A DNA stretch of 64,000 bases from Eledone cirrhosa (Eukaryota). Of this stretch, positions 62,309 to 64,000 are shown piece by piece. The stretch covers positions 272,490,001 to 272,554,000 of the forward strand of contig OZ024741.1 in assembly GCA_964016885.1 (NCBI GenBank). Reading direction: 5' to 3'. Numbering within the stretch: the first letter of the stretch is position 1; each line of letters opens with the position of its first letter. The translations under genes were made by a program, and so were the position numbers. The notes beneath the pieces are model-generated. The model saw only the letters and a program-made list of their open reading frames with translations, had not been told where the DNA came from and made no database searches.

Positions 62309-62979
62309 GTAAATCATCACCGTTTAATGTCTATATTTCATACATGGGTTAAACAGTCTATCATGTACTCAGGCTAGACTGGTCAGGGGACCTTATCTGG
62401 CTTGTATGCACCTTTTTTTGGCTTGGTTTTCTATGGTTTGATACCTTTCTTAATGCCAAGCATGTTACAATGTGAACGGGGAGTATTTTTAATGACTCCA
62501 GTGCTACCACTTTACAGAGTGGACTGGGTGCTTTGCTGTCATGGTATCAGCACTATCACCTTACAGAGAGGGCTGGGTGTTTTTGTCATGGCATCAGTAC
62601 TACCACTTTCCAGAGTGGGCTGGGTGCTTTTGTCATGACACCAGCACTATAACCTTACAAGGAGGAAAATAGGTAATTTTTCTTGGTTGTCTCCATTGAT
62701 TTTATTAAAAACCAGAATTAGTCATTTAGCTTACATATTGAGATCCCAACCCATCCTATTTATTTTATAATGTATGGAATTTCTAGTAATGTACTTTTTT
62801 GTCATGTATTATGTTTTTAATGTATAAAGAACATTGCCACAGGAATGCTACCACTTGAAATAAAATTTCACCGGAGATAGATTAGTAAAATTTAATAAGG
62901 TGGAGGGTGGAACAAGAGCCGGAGTGGCGGAGAAATATTCGAGACCTGAGAGTACCTAAATTAGAAACCATCATCATTA

Positions 62980-63780
62980 AGGGGTCAATAAAATAAAGTA
63001 CCAGTAATGCACTGGGGTCGATTTAATCTATTTTCCATTTCCCCCAAATTGTTGGCCTTGTGCCTAAATCAAATCATTACAGTGGAACCTTGGTTCACAA
63101 ACTTAATTTGTTCCTGAAGGCCGTTCATCACCACTGAAATGTTTGTAATCCCAAACTATTTTTCCCATATGAAACGTTAAGAGAGAAATACAGTGTGAAT
63201 TGGCAGTATCGGTAGAGTGTTGGACAACATGGTTTGTGGCATAGAGTTAGAGCCCTTTACATTCTGAGTTCAAATCCCACTGAGGTCAGCTTTGCCTTTT
63301 ATCCTTAGTGGGGTCGATAAGATAAAGTACCAGTAAGCACTGGGGTCGATTTAATTGACTTACCCCTTCCCTTGTGCCTAAGGTAGAAACAATTATTATT
63401 TTCATTGGTAGAGCATCGGACAACATGCTTTGCGGCATAGAGTTACGGCCCTTTATGTTCTGAGTTCAAATCCCTCTCAGATTAGCTTTGCTTTTCATCT
63501 ATATGAGGGTTGATAAAATAAAGTACAAATAACACACTGGGGTTGATTTAATTGTCTTGCCGCTTCCCCCAGAAAATTGTTGACCTTGTGCCTATATCAG
63601 AAACCATTGTATTGGTAGTATCGGTGGAGAATCAGACACCATGATTTGCAGCATAGAGTTATGACCCTTTACGTTGTGAATTCAAATCCTGCCGGGGTTA
63701 ACTTTGCCTTTAATCCTTATGGGGTCAATAAAATAAAGCACCAGTAATAGCCTTGTGCCAAAAGTAGAAACAATTATTAT
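62980..63780 (+). mobile_element. Intronic head-to-tail cluster of second-family SINEs
   Basis: Three near-complete units (about 63200, 63405 and 63612) plus a tail fragment at 62980. Confidence 0.8.
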
Positions 63781-64000
63781 TGAAAAACCCACATTGTATA
63801 GTTCTGTACCGTCTGTTTCCTTAATGTGAGCCCTGTGTAGCTAATTATGAAATTATTTTTTTATTATAGTTCTGATGCCAGGCTTCTGGAAGAATCTACG
63901 ATATCAATATGTAAAAATTTAGCTATCAACAACTTTCAGTCTGGTAATTTTGGTGCTTTAGTCCGTAATTTTATTGTACGAGCCACAGAACTGAAGGCAT

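Overview
AT-rich, repeat-saturated animal genomic DNA. The SINE/RTE repertoire and dense (TA)n/(TGA)n microsatellites suggest an octopus-type cephalopod (inference). I can support only two host exons, both on +: a terminal coding exon of a METTL27/WBSCR27-like methyltransferase (8884-9068) and the first coding exon of dymeclin (62169-62308, too short for the ORF track). The ~53 kb between them holds several RTE-clade LINE families, a CR1-type LINE, Penelope-like (PLE) fragments, a DD37D maT transposon, four non-autonomous Helitrons, LTR remnants, MITEs, two SINE families and several minisatellites. The main unexpected signal is RNA-structural. A ~421-bp tandem array (18549-20340) carries one minimal type I hammerhead ribozyme motif per unit, with a swapped wobble pair between copies, an inverted final unit and a dispersed monomer at ~38.2 kb. 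This is the architecture of a non-LTR retrozyme. At least two further hammerhead-like short-element families and many foldback insertions occur alongside GIY-YIG PLE remnants. Coordinates were read by eye; boundaries of degenerate elements are approximate, and family names come from recalled motifs, not database searches.
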